DNA from: Okamejei kenojei
Taxonomy: Eukaryota
Assembly (NCBI GenBank): GCA_035221665.1
Contig: CM069163.1
Coordinates: 21,266,001-21,330,000 of the forward strand
DNA length: 64,000 bases
Reading direction: 5' to 3'
The notes under the pieces are model-generated. The model had not been told where the DNA came from. It worked only from the letters and a program-made list of their open reading frames with translations, and ran no database searches. The position numbers were made by a program, and so were the translations under genes. Below are positions 50,258-64,000 of the stretch, piece after piece. The first letter of the stretch is position 1. Each line of letters begins with the position of its first letter.

Positions 50258-52807
50258 GTAAGTGCCCTACGTTATTAGATTAATTTTTGAATCTCATTGT
50301 TTGGAAGCATGACCGATAGCTTTGGTGTATAATATGTTTTTCACGCCTTTATATTCATTTAATAATGTTGTTTATGAGTATGCTATTCAGAAATGTGACG
50401 TGTAAGAGTACTGGGATACTCAACCTCTCTCATTGAATGTACCCAATGTTGACACTGTTTATCAATTTAGTTTGTAATTTTCATTAGATAGTTTATCTTG
50501 ATTTTTTTTTATTATTATAGAGAAACTTTCTTCTGATAAATAGCAGGAAAGTGCATTTTATGTTTCCATTAAATATTTAATCAACAAAATTTAATGAATT
50601 TTACCTTCATGAAATATAAGAGTTTTTGAAAACAACTTGAGTGCATGAAGTTCAAGAGTGATGAAAGTTTATTCAACTCATTATTAATTGTGGATCAGGT
50701 TAAGAATGAATGAGATGCCTATACCTTCTTTCCACATTGCATAATAACTAGATAAATAATTCAAATTTACCACCAACTCAAAGCAGCTCATTCATGACTT
50801 TCTTTGGTGAGAAAATACTTCAATCCCTTGAATAAGCACAGAATAATTTTGAAGTCAAAAGTTCTTAAAGTTAGTTGTATAATGTGTGTTTATAAGCACT
50901 ATGTGTCCCTACTTGTGCATAAAACTGAAGGATCATGCATTCATTGAGCATTAAGCAGCACCCTTCAATGGCCACACTAACCACCATCAGCTTTCCCTGC
51001 TATTTGGCATCAACTCATTGGCTGCAGTGTGCACGACGTTACAAATAGATGTCAGTATTTCTTCAAGACTTCATGGGGGCAAATGGAAAAGCCTCAACTA
51101 GCGCCAAGTAAGGATGGCCAAGTACAGCAATTACTTGGGTTTTCTAACAGAGCACACACAATGCAAATATTTCAATATTGAATAGAGATTTATGGAAAGA
51201 AAGCAAGTAATTCAGCTCATCATTTTCATGTTGGTCATAGGTAGAGCTACTTGGGTTATCTTATTTTCCAAATTTCAATCTGTGGCCTTGGTTCTGGTTC
51301 TTCGTGTGCTCATTTAGGCACTTACTAAACATGATATGTTTCCTCATTCTCAACAGCAGAGCCGCCCGCATATTAGTTTCACTACGAGCACCACAGTGGC
51401 TCTGGAAACTTACAAGAATTAACCAAATCACCATACCAACCATTTTCTTTTATATCAATGCCAAAACCATACAGTTGTTGTCTGATTAGTCTTTTGTGTT
51501 CCTTTTAGTGCCAGTCCCTCCTGTGTTTTTGCCTGTGTGTCTACTTCTGTACTGAGGTTTCCTAGTGTTGCAGCTAGGCTAATGCATGGTTACTTGCCTG
51601 GTGTAAAAGAGATAACAGATGACTGTGGAGGGCAACTGTGAGCAGCCCCAGACCAAGGTAGCTCCGTTTTTTTAAACATCTTGCAATGAATAACAGCAAT
51701 CTAGGTTAAATGATGACATTTGTTCATGTGGTTGAAGCTGGAGTGCCTCATGTTCCTAGGCATCTCATGTAGTCGTTGTGAATGGCTGCGTAATTTCCCA
51801 GACATATCACTATCTTGGTGATCAACTATTTGTTTGCTGCCCTATCGGGTAGAATTAGTGTGCAATCACTCTTTGGTAAACTTGCACCTGAGCTACACTT
51901 TCTCCCTTGCCTGGCAGCAATTAATGTGCCTGGTGAATCACTGCATGCATATCCCATCTCTGAAGTGCTGTGTATTAAGCTCTAGGATCTAAACAGATGC
52001 CTATGAATATTTGGATCTAGTGATTTTGTATCATTTTCATCTTAATACATGGGCTACTTAGCCCAAGCATTGGAACAAAAAAGGCACAAAGATACAATTG
52101 GGATGATGAGAGGAACCAGGTAAAAGTAACATGTGTAACCATCTGAATATAGTAAAGCAGAAAAGAGTGTGAGGGACAGGGGGGTGAGCAGAGGAGGTGC
52201 AGGAAGATGGCATGTGGATGTGTGGTTATCTTTGATAACATCTGATTTCTTGGCCAATTGCTTTACGAATACTGATTCCACGAAGGACAGTAGTCTCTCT
52301 AATGCAGCATTAGTGTTTAGCAATATGCTTGTTATGGTTGAAAAATGGTTTTAGCCATTTCAGAGTGATCCATTTCCACTAATGAGAGTCTCCAGGCCCC
52401 CCAGTCATGCAGAACTTGCCTCTAGGTGTCCATCTCTTCCATTGGGACTTGGTATCTGCATTGGAGAATCAGCATCTCTTTTCCCATGTATGTGTCACCA
52501 TTCTTGTGAACAATTCACTCAACCTGGATCGCAGCTTTGCCTTTAAGAGTTACATGCATGGATTCTATTTGGTTAGTTTTAGATTGTGCACACGACTCTT
52601 AACCGTACTTGGGATTATTATGTGCCGAAGTAAAGAAAAATTGTATTTGCTATCACATAAATTCAAGTATCTTTGGACAAGTTACACTCAAGGAACAGCA
52701 CTGAAGAGCCAAACCGGAACAGATCTCCTGCGCATGTTTTTAGCATTTATATTCATGGTATTTGTATTTCTCCAACTAAATAGCTACATATGTTTTCCTA
52801 TTTAAAT

Positions 52808-53988
52808 TGCCTTAGAAAAGGTCCCACACAGGAGAATGGTGACTAAAATTAGAGCACATGGTATTGGTAGGGTGTTGACGTGGATAGAAAATTGGTTGAC
52901 AGACAGGAAGCAAAGAGTAGGAGTGAACGGGTCCTTTTCAGAATGGCAGGCAGTGGCGAGTGGCGTGCCGCAAGGCTCGGTGTTGAGGCCACAACTGTTT
53001 ACCATATATATTAATGATTTGGAAGAGGAAATTAGGAGCAACACCAGCAGGTTTGCGGATGACACAAAGCTGGGTGTCAGTGTGAACTCTGAAGAGGATG
53101 TTAGAAGGTTGCAGGGTGACCTGGACAGGTTGAGTGAGTGGGCAGATGCGTGGCAGATGCAATCTAATATAGATAAATGTGAGGTTATGCACTTTGGTGG
53201 CAAAAACAAGGGGGCAGATTATTATCTCAATGGGGTTAGGTTAGGTAAGGGGGCGGTACAGCGAGACCTGGGTGTCCTTGTACACCGGTCACTGAAAGTT
53301 GGCGTGCAGGTACAGCAGGCAGTGAAGAAAGCTAATGGAATGTTGGCCATAACAAGAGAATTTCAGTACAGGAGTAGAGAGGTTTTTTTGCAGTTGTATA
53401 GGGCTATGGTAAGACCACATCTGGAGTATTGCGTACAGTTTTGGTCTCCTAATTTGAGGAAGGACATTCTTGTGATTGAGGCAATGCAGCGTAGTTTCAC
53501 GAGATTGATCCCTGGGATGGCGGGACGGTCATATGAGGAAAGATTGAAAAGACTAGGCTTGTATTAACTGGAGTTTAGAAGGATGAGGGCGGATCTTATA
53601 GAAACATATAAAATTATAAAAGGACTGGACAAGCTAGATGCAGGAAAAATGTTACCAATGTAGGGCGAGTCCAGAACCAGGGGCCACAGTCTTAGAATAA
53701 AGAGGAGGCCATTTAAGACTGAGGTGAGAAAAAACAATTTCACCCAGAGAGTTGTGAATTTGTGGAATTCCCTGCCACAGAGGGCAGTGGAGGCCAAATC
53801 ACTGGATGGATTTAAGAGAGAGTTATATACAGCTCTAGGGGCTAGTGGAATCAAGGGATATGGGGAGAAGGCAGGCACGGGTTATTGATTGGGGGCAATC
53901 AGCCATGATCACAATGAATGGCGATGCTGGCTCGAAGGGCCGAATGGCCTCCTCCTGCACCTATTTTCTCTGTCTCTGTTTCTATGTT
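52808..53988 (+). mobile_element. CR1 LINE, 5'-truncated and relatively young
   Basis: ORF 52836..53567 (243 aa): SGVPQGSVL..FTIYINDL..FADDTKL..VRPHLEYCVQFWSP; a premature stop is followed by the intact 3' UTR. Confidence 0.92.
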
Positions 53989-55194
53989 TTAATAATTGTA
54001 TTTTGCAAAGAGTTTAGACAATGCTCTAAATCAGAAAATATTCTCCAATTACATAATCATTTTTAAAGATTATAATTTGTCCCAACATTAATAAGAAACT
54101 TTTGAAGTGTGTGTGGTGTCAATATGTTTATCCTTTGAGCAGAAAGTAAGCATCTCCAACTGACATTAATGTTTATTCCACCAAAGAATTACTGCATACA
54201 AATATTTCTGAAGATCCTTTAAGCTGTTTCTTTGGACATAAAATTTGGCATTTATGGAGTTGCAAGTTTTCCCAAGCCATTATATCACAATGTCAGTGTC
54301 CCAGGATAATTATTTTTATCTGAACCCACTCCTTCAGTTGCTCAGAATTTTTATTTTAAATAATGAAATTGTGAACCTACTGTTAAAGAAAATATTTCCA
54401 CTTCATATTGCAGAGCAGGAATGTGAAATATTACAGGTTAGCACTTCCCCTGCAACACATCATTACCTGTCTTTGATCTTTCATGAGTCCAAGCAGTTCT
54501 GCATGGCAGAATAAATAATCATTGGCTATTTTTTTTTCTTATTTCCCCCCTATTCATATACATACATTTATTGGTACAATTTATGTAGAATACAGTCAAC
54601 TACTTTAATTTATTCAGATGTGTTTTTTAGATCATAAATATTTCTGTTTTCATTGGTGTAACGGTGCTCCAAAATTCTAATGTTGTTAATTAGAACTGTT
54701 TTCTCGAGTATAGAAATGACAGTGACAAGGTGTACTTTTCTGCATCATTCAAAAATGGTACTTACTGATCAGTTTCCTAAATTTAGCTATCTTTATAGTT
54801 CATTTAACAATATTGTTTTTTTGTGCTCTAATAAAATGTTTAGACTTTTCTCATTACAATTTTTTTCCATTTTACTAATTTTCCTCATTTAGAATACAAA
54901 GTTGATTTTTCTTTAAATTGAAAATGAATGTACTTTGTTTTGTAGTCTGCATCTTTACCATAATTTATTTTTCACAATTTTATCAGATATAAATTAAAAT
55001 GAAATTCAAAGATGTTTTGCAAATGTGTAACAAGTAGGTGAATAATTGAGTGGGCCTATTAGAGACCAGAAAGAAAACCTTGGAAATTAAAAGTGATGCA
55101 AGAAAACACTGGAGTGTGACAATGCTTTGCGTGCCAGTCTGAGAAGAGGATCTGCTATCATCATTACAATCGTCCCACTCTTTTAAATCTTTAT

Positions 55195-55345
55195 TTCCAG
55201 CAGCTGCACCAAATGTTGTACCCTGTATCTGTGCACTATGGACAGCTTGATTGGGATTATGCATAGTCTTTTCTTTAAATGGAAAGCACGCAAACAAATT
55301 CCTTTGCACTGCACCTCGGTAGACGTGACAACTAAACTAAACTAA
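55195..55345 (+). mobile_element. LINE 3' tail fragment (Rex1/Babar-like)
   Basis: tttgcactgcacctcggtagacgtgacaa followed by (CTAAA)n. Confidence 0.45.
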
Positions 55346-56702
55346 GATACTGAATGAATATTTCAGGAATAAAAAGAATTATGCTGATATTGTATTCAAA
55401 GTGAACAAGTCTGAAATGTTTACAAAGATAAGTTAGTAAAAGAGGAATTATTAAGAGGTCTTAAAAATATACAAATTGCCAAGCCCAAGTAAAGCAAATC
55501 ACAAACTGTTAGATGAAGCCTGGGGAAAATAGTATCTGGCCACTGGAGATGAGCTGAGGGGAGATAATTGAGCTGCATACAATTGTGAGTAGGACATTTC
55601 TCTAATAACAGAACTCCAAGGGGAAAGATTTAGAGTAATTTTAGGATTACAGGGGAGATGAGGGGGGAAATGTCTTCCAGACTGCATTAAGGGTTTGGAA
55701 ATCTCTGCCTGAAAGAGTGACAAAGGCAGATATCATTATCACATTTAAGCTATATTTGGAGACACAAGAAACCGCAGATGCTGGTTTACAAAAAAACAAA
55801 GTACTGGAGCAATTCAGCATCACTGGAGAGAATAGATAGAGGACAATTTGGGCTGGTCCTTTCTTGAGATTGGAATATAAACAACCTTTCAAACAATACT
55901 TGAAGCTGTTCTTAAAGAACTGTGAACTACAGGGCAATGTGTCAAATGCTGGGAGGTGGGATTAGGCTGGGTTGTTCTTTGTGAACTGCACAGGCATGAT
56001 GAGCTAAATATCCTCACGGTTAAAATTTATATTACATTTTTGGTGAGTCTAGTTAAAAATAGCTTCAGTGCAATGCTACATCTTGTAATTCATCAGCTCT
56101 TATTTCTAAGTGTCATCCTATTGTTTTCATATTTTGTAATACTTACATCTAGTACAATAAAAAGTAAAATACAAATAACATGTTAAAAAAATGCTGTAAA
56201 CCCCATACATTAAAAGAGCAAAAGAGCAAAAGGATACTCCAATGAGTATCTCTGGCTTTACCTTGAATTTTCCCTCAACATTATTTGATCAACGTAAGTA
56301 TGCCAAGCACTGGGACTGTGATTCCATACTTGCTTCTGCAACATCTTTGTATTCACAATATTAAATTTGTTCAGAAGAATGTAAAGAACAATATGGTAGC
56401 AGAATTAAACAAAACAACAGAAAATCATCAAATATTCAAATGTTTTTAATAAGTAAAGCTGCTGCCCAGTTAACTGCTGATTGGTGTAAAAGATGTAACT
56501 AAATGAATGCAAAGATGTTAATATTTCTATAAGAGTAAGAGGTTTATACTGTACACTAATGGCATAATATTTTGTGATGTGCCACTGGCATTACAGTTGT
56601 ATTCATTAAATCTGCATATTAAAGTAACGGGTTATGCTGTTGAGTTGCTAACATCTAGATGATTATGGCATTTGTAACCTGCGGCTTATGTATCTATCAC
56701 AG

Positions 56703-56756
56703 GGTGCCAGAGGCATTCAAGGATCCCCTGGATTGAGAGGGGTGAAGGGCCGCAGG
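56703..56756 (+). CDS. Collagen exon, 54 bp: GARGIQGSPGLRGVKGRR
   Basis: Acceptor tatctatcacag, donor gtaagc. Confidence 0.94.
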
Positions 56757-59700
56757 GTAAGCAAGCACTTACAATTACAAATGGAATAAATAACCTCATT
56801 GTGGAGAGCATGTCAATCACAGTAAGTGAGTTCTTAACATATTGTGCTGTATTGAAGACAATAGTCATTGGGAAAAAAAAGTGGTTTTACAATCGTGAGT
56901 GCACCAAGGCAACGGTAAAGAATAATACTATGCAGCATATTATTAGTAAGATATTTTTTTTCTCTGTTTTTTCATGCACCAGGAATGAAAAATAACAGTT
57001 AGGAGTGCTATTGAGCTGGAATATCATATTGCTAATATCCATCTATTTGAAATGGAACTTTTGCATCCTTACCATATCTGACAAAAATAACTATTTCCTA
57101 TGCATAAATAAGGAAAGGTGGCTCTATGTTACACAGAGCTAGGCCCACCTACACCCACCAGGGTATAAGCAGCAAGTGTATGTCACATCTTGTAGTTGGT
57201 TCATGAGTGGAAGTCTGCAGCAAACGTCACATTGCACTGGCGTCAGTACTCCAGGTCCAGGCCTTTCAGGCTCACTATAATTCACACAAAATATATCTGT
57301 TAACCCACTCCCATTGTTCCTATTTACTAATTGCTGCATGTGATACCCAAAGTTAAGAATAGAGTATTGTTGATGCTATTGACATGTCAAAAGAGTATGT
57401 CTTTGAGTATGAAGTGCAAAGCGGTATGTGGAGAGAAACACGTCCAGACTTCATTGGGTCAGTCTGTTGTGACATTCAACAGTTCTACCCTAATGAACTG
57501 TGTTTCTTGGGTTATTTTCAGGAATAAAATGGGCACTTCACTTTGTTCACATTCTGTTGCCTACTTGTGGCCGACAGCAAAACAAGCTGGACATTGAATA
57601 TAACGAACATTCTAATTCTGATTCCAAATGGGAATAGCGATATCACTCAGTTTACCTTTTCTTTTTTGATTTATCTTCATGTTGGGAATTTCATTCATGC
57701 TATTTTTGGGTAATAGTGTGTCTCTTTTGTATAGTGCATATTTGGTACTTGCACGATATTGCCTTTTCAGTCCAGTCTAATGTTAGTTATACGTTTATGC
57801 AGCCATCTGTAGTCCATATGAACTATTTCTTAATTATTCATTTTATGGGATGTGGGCGTAGCTGGCAAGATCAATATTTATTGTACAACATTTATTGTAA
57901 AGAATATTTATTCTTTTAACGTTCATAAGAAAATGGTGTTGAGCCAATTTATTGAACTGTTGCAACCTTTCTTGTGCAGGTATCCACTGTGCTCTTTGAG
58001 AGGGAGTTGCAGTAATTAGTCCCAGTAGTGATGAAAAAATATCATTGTTGTACATAGTAAGGTGTTGTACAAACTTGTTGGAAGCAAAAAAAACCTAAGG
58101 AGGTACTCAGCGGGTCAAACAATATCTGTCAGGAGAAAGGGATTGTCAACTGCAGCCACTGTTGTGGGTGGGCTTATACTGGAGCCTTCTCCTCCTGCTG
58201 TTAGTTGTTTGATTGTCCAGCGCCAATCAATATTAAATGGGACAAACCTGCAGAGCTTTGACAGATACATTGGTTTTGAGATCACTTAGTTCTGACTTGC
58301 TCGCTAAGTTTTGGCATTTTGCCGTGTTGCTGCTTTGTCAGGTTGACATTTTAAGGAATTCCCGATGCTGCTGTCAACCAGCTTAATATTACTGGTAGAG
58401 TGAGGGATATGCCTGGCCATGAGATAACAGATTGTGGCAATGTACATTTTCTGATGGTTCTAATGGTTTGTGGATGTGCAGCATTGAATTGTTTTTGTGC
58501 TTATCCCATTTAGCATTATTATAATGCTACTAGCTTGATAGAGTGTGATGAAGACAGGACTTAGGACAGGACAGGCATAGGGACTTTGCAGTCGTCATTT
58601 CCATCAGAGCTGTCATGGACAGATTCATCTGCTGCAAGTTAACTGGTGAAGCAAGGTCAAGTCAGCTTATTCCTCATAACGGTGCATTCACGCCCTGTGG
58701 TAGAATGACTTTGGCAAGATACATCTGTCAATGTTGCTAAGAAAGCACTCTCGGTGATGCACATTGAAGTCCACCGGCCAGAGAATATGTTGTGCCCTTG
58801 CAGCCTTCAGTGCTTTCTCTTAGTGTTGTTCAAGCACAGATTAGCCAGCTGAGGGAGGGCAACAGATGGTTCACATGTCCATGTTTGACTTGCTACCTTG
58901 CGATTTCATCTGGTCTGCTGTCAAAGGATCATTCCCTTCTGCCTGTACGCCGCTTTGCCATTGTTTGCTGTGGTTCACCTCTCAGTGGGACAGTGAGTGG
59001 GACAGGGAAATCTGACATTGTCTGTAGGATGTGATTCTGCAAAGCTATTACTTGGCATGAGCCTGCTCTCCCAGTTTAGACATAAGTTCCAAGCTGTTTA
59101 TGAGGAGAACTTTGCAAGGCTGAATGGGCTGGAAGTCTTGGTCCATCTTGTTTTATTTATCTGTTTTATTATGGTATAGTGCAGCTGTATGGCGTGTTAG
59201 ACAGGACTACAGGGCATTTAACAGGCAACCCTGTGGGTGACTCTGGAGTCACACATTCACCAGACCAGTTAAAGATGGCAGATTTCTTTCTCTGAAGAAC
59301 ATGTGAGAAATTTGCAGCACTTAAATAGTTTTTATGGTCATTAGACTTTATCCAAATTTGAACTTCCACAGATGCTATGGTTGGATTAGTCTTGGACAAT
59401 GGTTGATATTTGAGTATAGATATAGCACTCCCAAAATCTTTTCTTTCTCCATGCATTTTTCTAAGTTTTCAAACGTCATAACAAATGTGGCATCGCAGAT
59501 CTAACCTTTGGAAAGTAAATTTTGTTCTCCATAAATATCAGTGCCTTGAGTAGAAAAGTACACAGAATTTCTCATCCATGAAGTCAAAATCTGACTATTG
59601 AGAGTTTAGCGTTTAATTAAATATAGGAGAGGGAATATACAGTAGTTGGGACTGGCTTGCTAAAGAATTCTGGTGAGTAAATTTCACTGATGGTATGAGT

Positions 59701-60789
59701 CCAATGTCACAGTGTTAAGTAAAACTATCTGTGACTTCCACATAGTAAATTAAATTCACAACATGTTTCACAATGAAAAGTAAGTTAAAAAATGGGAATG
59801 ACATGACCAAAAGAAACCAATTACGCTGAAATTTCCAAACCAATCGCCATGTGGCTTGGGAAGATATTTTTCTAATGACCTCATTTCTGATGGGAACTTC
59901 ACTGGGATCAGGCCAAATGATGAAATCAAAGATATAGAGGCATTCCAGTGCAGTAGAATGCGAGCACACTGTCGCTTTTCTCTTGAGGAAAGAAGGATGA
60001 GGATTGAACTGATGGAGGTCATTGAAGTGATGGAACAATGCAATTTAAAGTTAGATTGTTGTTCTTCCATCCAAATACTTAGGTTTTCTCCTGTATTGAG
60101 TGAGATCTCTGTCCAGCCACAGCTCTCATTATTGGGTCTCTAAACAAGATATCCACAAAACAAGCAGTTAATTGGCAGCATCATACTTTGGGAGTCAGCA
60201 TAGAGAGGTGGGCCTATCCCTTGGCTGAGGGATCAGGGGGTATGGAGAGAAGGCAGTTGGGATGACAGTGATATATGAATGGCGATGCAGCTCGAAGACT
60301 CCTGCACCTAGTCTAACCTTGGACAGTTAGGAACAACAAAGGAGGAGATAGTTGGTCATTAGTGGGTTGAGAAGGTGTGGGAGTTCAGAGAAGGAAAAAA
60401 AATGCAAAAAAGAGGTGGCCAGGAGATTAATGAAAAGATGTTGGTGAGAATGTTCAAAGCTTTGCGTGGAGGGCTAAGGGAGAGGCGGTTAGGGAAAGGG
60501 AAGATTAAATATCAAAGGGGTGCTTCAGGAGGCAGGTGATAAAGGGATACAAGAAATCTGGAACTAGATATCATCCAACACCTTAGCAGGGAGAACTCTG
60601 CCACTACAGCGTGTACTTGTTTGAGGTTTGTGAAAATGATTTGCAACCCCTTTGCAAGCATGGCGGGTAGTAATAGGTTGATTAAAAACCCTGAACTAAA
60701 TGGCACTAGGGTTACAAGTATCCTGAATATGCATGTAGGGGAGAGGAGAGGGAAGATGGAAGGTAAAGAGGAGGGGGAGGGAGTGTTGG

Positions 60790-60941
60790 GGGATGAGGGC
60801 AAATGAGTCGCGCCTGCGCAGTTGGAGGCTATGGGTGAGTGGTGGAATATTTTGTTGGGGGAAAGGGTTGCATTGGGGGAACGGGTGAGTAATGGAATAT
60901 TGCATTGGGGAACGGGGCCCAACCGGTCTCACTTGGTCTAG
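60790..60941 (+). mobile_element. Possible non-autonomous Helitron 3' end
   Basis: Imperfect GC-rich subterminal palindrome ggggcccaaccggtctc followed by CTAG|T at 60938-60942. Confidence 0.45.
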
Positions 60942-61798
60942 TGCTTATTAAAACTGAAATTTATTGACATTAAATAATATTTTTTAATAAAAATTGCTGA
61001 TTTTGCCACACACAGAGAAACTGAGAAATCACCCCCTTTGTGCTAGAAGGACCTGAAATAAACAATGGTCTGTATTTGAATAAGAAGAGCAGGCAGAAAA
61101 ATACAGTTGAGGTCAAGATCAGATTATTTAAGGTTTTTGAGGGTTTGAACTGTTTAGGGTATTCCAGTTAGCTCAATTAGGTGGATGAGACATGTTCTTC
61201 CTTCCCTTCATACCCACCCCCCCTTCCTTCTATTTCTCCTGTCCTCTTCTTCCTCCTTCGTGAACATCTACACTTCCCCTTCCCTCAAATTCCCCTCTTA
61301 CACCACGTCTTTCCCCTTTCCTCTTCTCTTCCAACTTCCCTTTACACCATCCCTACTTGCATCATCCCTCTCACCATCCCACCCTCTAAACCACACTCCC
61401 CTCTCCCACTTGTCAGCTTGCATCATGCCATCACACTGGTCTTCCCCATAAAGTATATGGATATCCTCTGAGAACAAGCTCAAAAAAGTTTTGCAGATTC
61501 AGAAAATGAATTTGGTATTTACCGTGTGCGTGAATGATGAACATTGATGATTTGCCCCCACTAGCAAGTCCTGATCCATCCATTCATTCCTGTTTAGTAA
61601 ATAGAGTTACACCGGAGAGCATTTTCCCATGCTCATTGACTCAATGGCATTGGTGGATGCACTTAGTATTGACTCATTCCAATGCAAATTGGATACCTTT
61701 CAGACAATAGAAAGATGGTCAAATGTGAGTAATTCAGATACAAAATTAGTGTAGCAAGCTTGGCAGAAACAGGTGACTGTGGTCCAATAGTTTGCCAT

Positions 61799-62330
61799 TT
61801 ATACATAACTAAAACTCTAATCTAGTTATCTTCTGGTTTACGTTGTTTTTCATTTGCGCAACAATAGTACATGATAGCGCTACGATTTTTCGCCACCTTA
61901 CTCACCATTCTTCTGTGCTGCAAGTGCAATGGGTTTTGTTCCGATCGGTGGTATATTTTAAAAGTTATTAAGGTTTAAAAATCTTAAAAACCGTGCATGC
62001 GCAGATTGGTCTCCTCTCCTGTCAGTCACCGCTTGGATGGCGAAGCCCCTTCCTGCACCATTGCCACACTGATTGGCCGCATCCGCTGTCAGTCACCGGC
62101 GGTGCCCGGCATTGCAGACGCAGCCTCCGATCGGCGTGGCCTTCGTTCGCCGCAGCCTCTGGTCAAGGCAACCTCCGGTCAGAGGAGCGGCAACCTCGAG
62201 ATCCAGGGGAGATGAGGAGGGAGAGTGGGGGATTTGAGGGAGAGGAGGATGGAGGGAGGGGGAAAGTGGGGGACGTGAGGAGGGAGTGTGGGAGAGGAGG
62301 GGCTAGAGGGAGAGGAGGTGGGTAGGGGAA
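61799..62330 (+). mobile_element. CpG-rich interspersed repeat, possibly the 5' part of a Helitron-like element
   Basis: Starts tatacataactaaaactct; shares gcatgcgcag/gcctgcgcag and a G/A-rich tract with 60750-60830. Confidence 0.35.
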
Positions 62331-62480
62331 CCTATATAGTGAATACAATTTGGTTTCCTCAAACAGCTGGTAGGACAACCAATGAGAGAATGGGTATTTA
62401 GATCTAGTTCTGTGCAATGAGCAAGGGTTAATCAGTACATTGCTGGTCGAGAGGCCTTTAGGGAACAGTCGTCAATATAC

Positions 62481-62966
62481 AAGATTCAAGAGAGTTTATT
62501 GTCATGTGTCCCTGATAGGACAATGAAATTCTTGCTTTGCTTCAGCACAACAGAACATAGTAGGCATGTCTACAGAACAGATCAGTGTGTCCATATACCA
62601 TTATATAAATATATACACACATGAATAAATAAACTGACAAAGTGCAAATAAACAGATAATGGGCTATATTAATGTTCAGGTTTTGTCCGAGCCAAGTTTA
62701 ATAGCCTGATGGCTGTGGGGAAGTAGCTATTCCTGAACCTGGTCGTTGCAGTCTTCAGGCTCCTGTACCTTCTAGCTGAAGGTAGCGGGGAGATGAGTGT
62801 GTGGCCAGGATGGTGTGGGTCCTTGATGATATTGCCTGCCTTTTTGAGGCAGCGACTGCGATAGATCCCCTCGATGGCAGGGAGATCAGAGCCGATGATG
62901 GACTGGGCAGTGTTTACTACTTTTTGTAGTCTTTTCCGCTCCAGGGCGCTCAAGTTTCCGAACCAA
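62481..62966 (-). mobile_element. Rex1/Babar-type LINE 3' end
   Basis: ORF 62669..62953: ERKRLQKVVNTAQSIIG..RCLKKAGNIIKDPHHPGH..LPSARRYRS..TTRFRNSYFPTAIRLLN. Confidence 0.85.
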
Positions 62967-64000
62967 GGTTTACTTTGATATATGCTTCCAGTTCATTTGC
63001 TTGTATATTCCTTAGCTCATTGTGGAATTGGGCATCTAAATTGATCCTTGTAGTTAAATGACTAATCCTAGAGCTTGTCTGATTTGGGTTGATGTCTCAT
63101 TAACATTGACAGGTTGTGGTTGGCTGCAGCTCAGCAGCAAATTATTTTTCAGTGTCAGATGTCTGTACAAGAAGTTTCCAGTTTACCTGGGAGATGGTTA
63201 CAGTTACTCTTGTCAACCTTTACGATAGAAAGTGTAATACATTTGTCTGACCTTGTGGACAGATTTTCCAAAGGTGCTCCTATATAATATGATATATGAT
63301 GTATCTTGGTTTAATGTTTTCAAATCTTCTGTACATTATATAAAACATAATGTAAAGTAGCTTGAATCCACATGCCATAAATTGCATTTGGTTTCCAATA
63401 TCACCATCTGAATTGTTCTTGTAATAAGTGAAAATGAGAATTGACATTTGACTGAAAAATTGATCTGAAGGGAATAGTCATACTTGGAGAAAATGCTATT
63501 AAATTACTGTCTTTAAGTGAAGATCTGAGATTTGTGCCAGAATTTAGCTCTGACTTCCCACCATTTAATATTTCTATTACTTCTGAGAAGATAAGTTACT
63601 CAGCGTTTCAGCTATGACATCTTAACTGCAAACGGCCAATATTTATTTCTTGATCTCTCATGGGCTTGCAACATTTAAATTGAAAAATCTGAGCATCAAC
63701 AGTGTCCCAGCAGAATGCTGCCATAATGTAAAATAAGATAATGGAGTTCTTCCAAGTAGTGTGAAACTACAACCATTCACAATTCTGCACATCTGTAATA
63801 AAGTAAGTAGAAAGGATTGCCTTTAGTAGTTCGACCATTAACCCATATTCTGCCATTTAAACTTATTACGTAGTGCATTCTTTTATCAATTGTTAAGGAA
63901 TACAGGATGGATTTAAGATGAAATGCACCAAAACGTAATCGCATTTTCTCTCCTCACTTCTATTGGGCATTCACACTGAACAATTAATTGTAGAAAGCAT

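Larger units (their letters stand above)
1806..56756 (+). other. Internal segment of a clade C fibrillar collagen gene (COL27A1/COL24A1-like): 11 triple-helix exons; the gene extends beyond both window ends
   Basis: 11 AG/GT-bounded phase-0 exons of 54 or 45 bp splice to 576 nt / 192 aa of perfect Gly-X-Y. The run [32 protein letters not shown]...-KGRR matches, in order, my recollection of the collagen XXVII/XXIV major helix. The paralogue cannot be fixed without a search. Confidence 0.92.

Noticed and set aside
1-64000. miR-455, expected in a COL27A1 intron
   Set aside because: Mature sequence not seen by eye. Its host intron should lie upstream of these exons, so absence here is uninformative.

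Overview
This is vertebrate DNA, not prokaryotic. The repeat content (HE1-like tRNA SINEs, abundant CR1 LINEs, Penelope-like elements) points to a cartilaginous fish, probably a skate or ray; that assignment is inference. The whole window lies inside one + strand gene. I find 11 phase-0 exons (nine of 54 bp, two of 45 bp; 1806-56756) that splice into 64 uninterrupted Gly-X-Y triplets of a clade C fibrillar collagen (COL27A1/COL24A1-like). The rest is intron, filled with CR1, L2 and Rex1/Babar LINE fragments, SINEs, Penelope-like elements with a GIY-YIG endonuclease, and non-autonomous DNA transposons. There are three N gaps. Most notable: (1) type I hammerhead ribozyme motifs in the Penelope-derived repeats, including a 106-bp ribozyme-only insertion with a perfect 16-bp target-site duplication, in sense orientation in an intron; (2) a 2-kb foldback element with an 8-bp TSD, 23 nt from a splice donor; (3) a Harbinger-like element apparently inserted repeatedly into its own terminal repeat; (4) the uncertain orthology of the collagen. 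Exon, TSD and hairpin coordinates were read base by base. LINE and SINE boundaries are approximate, and family names come from motif recognition, not database searches.
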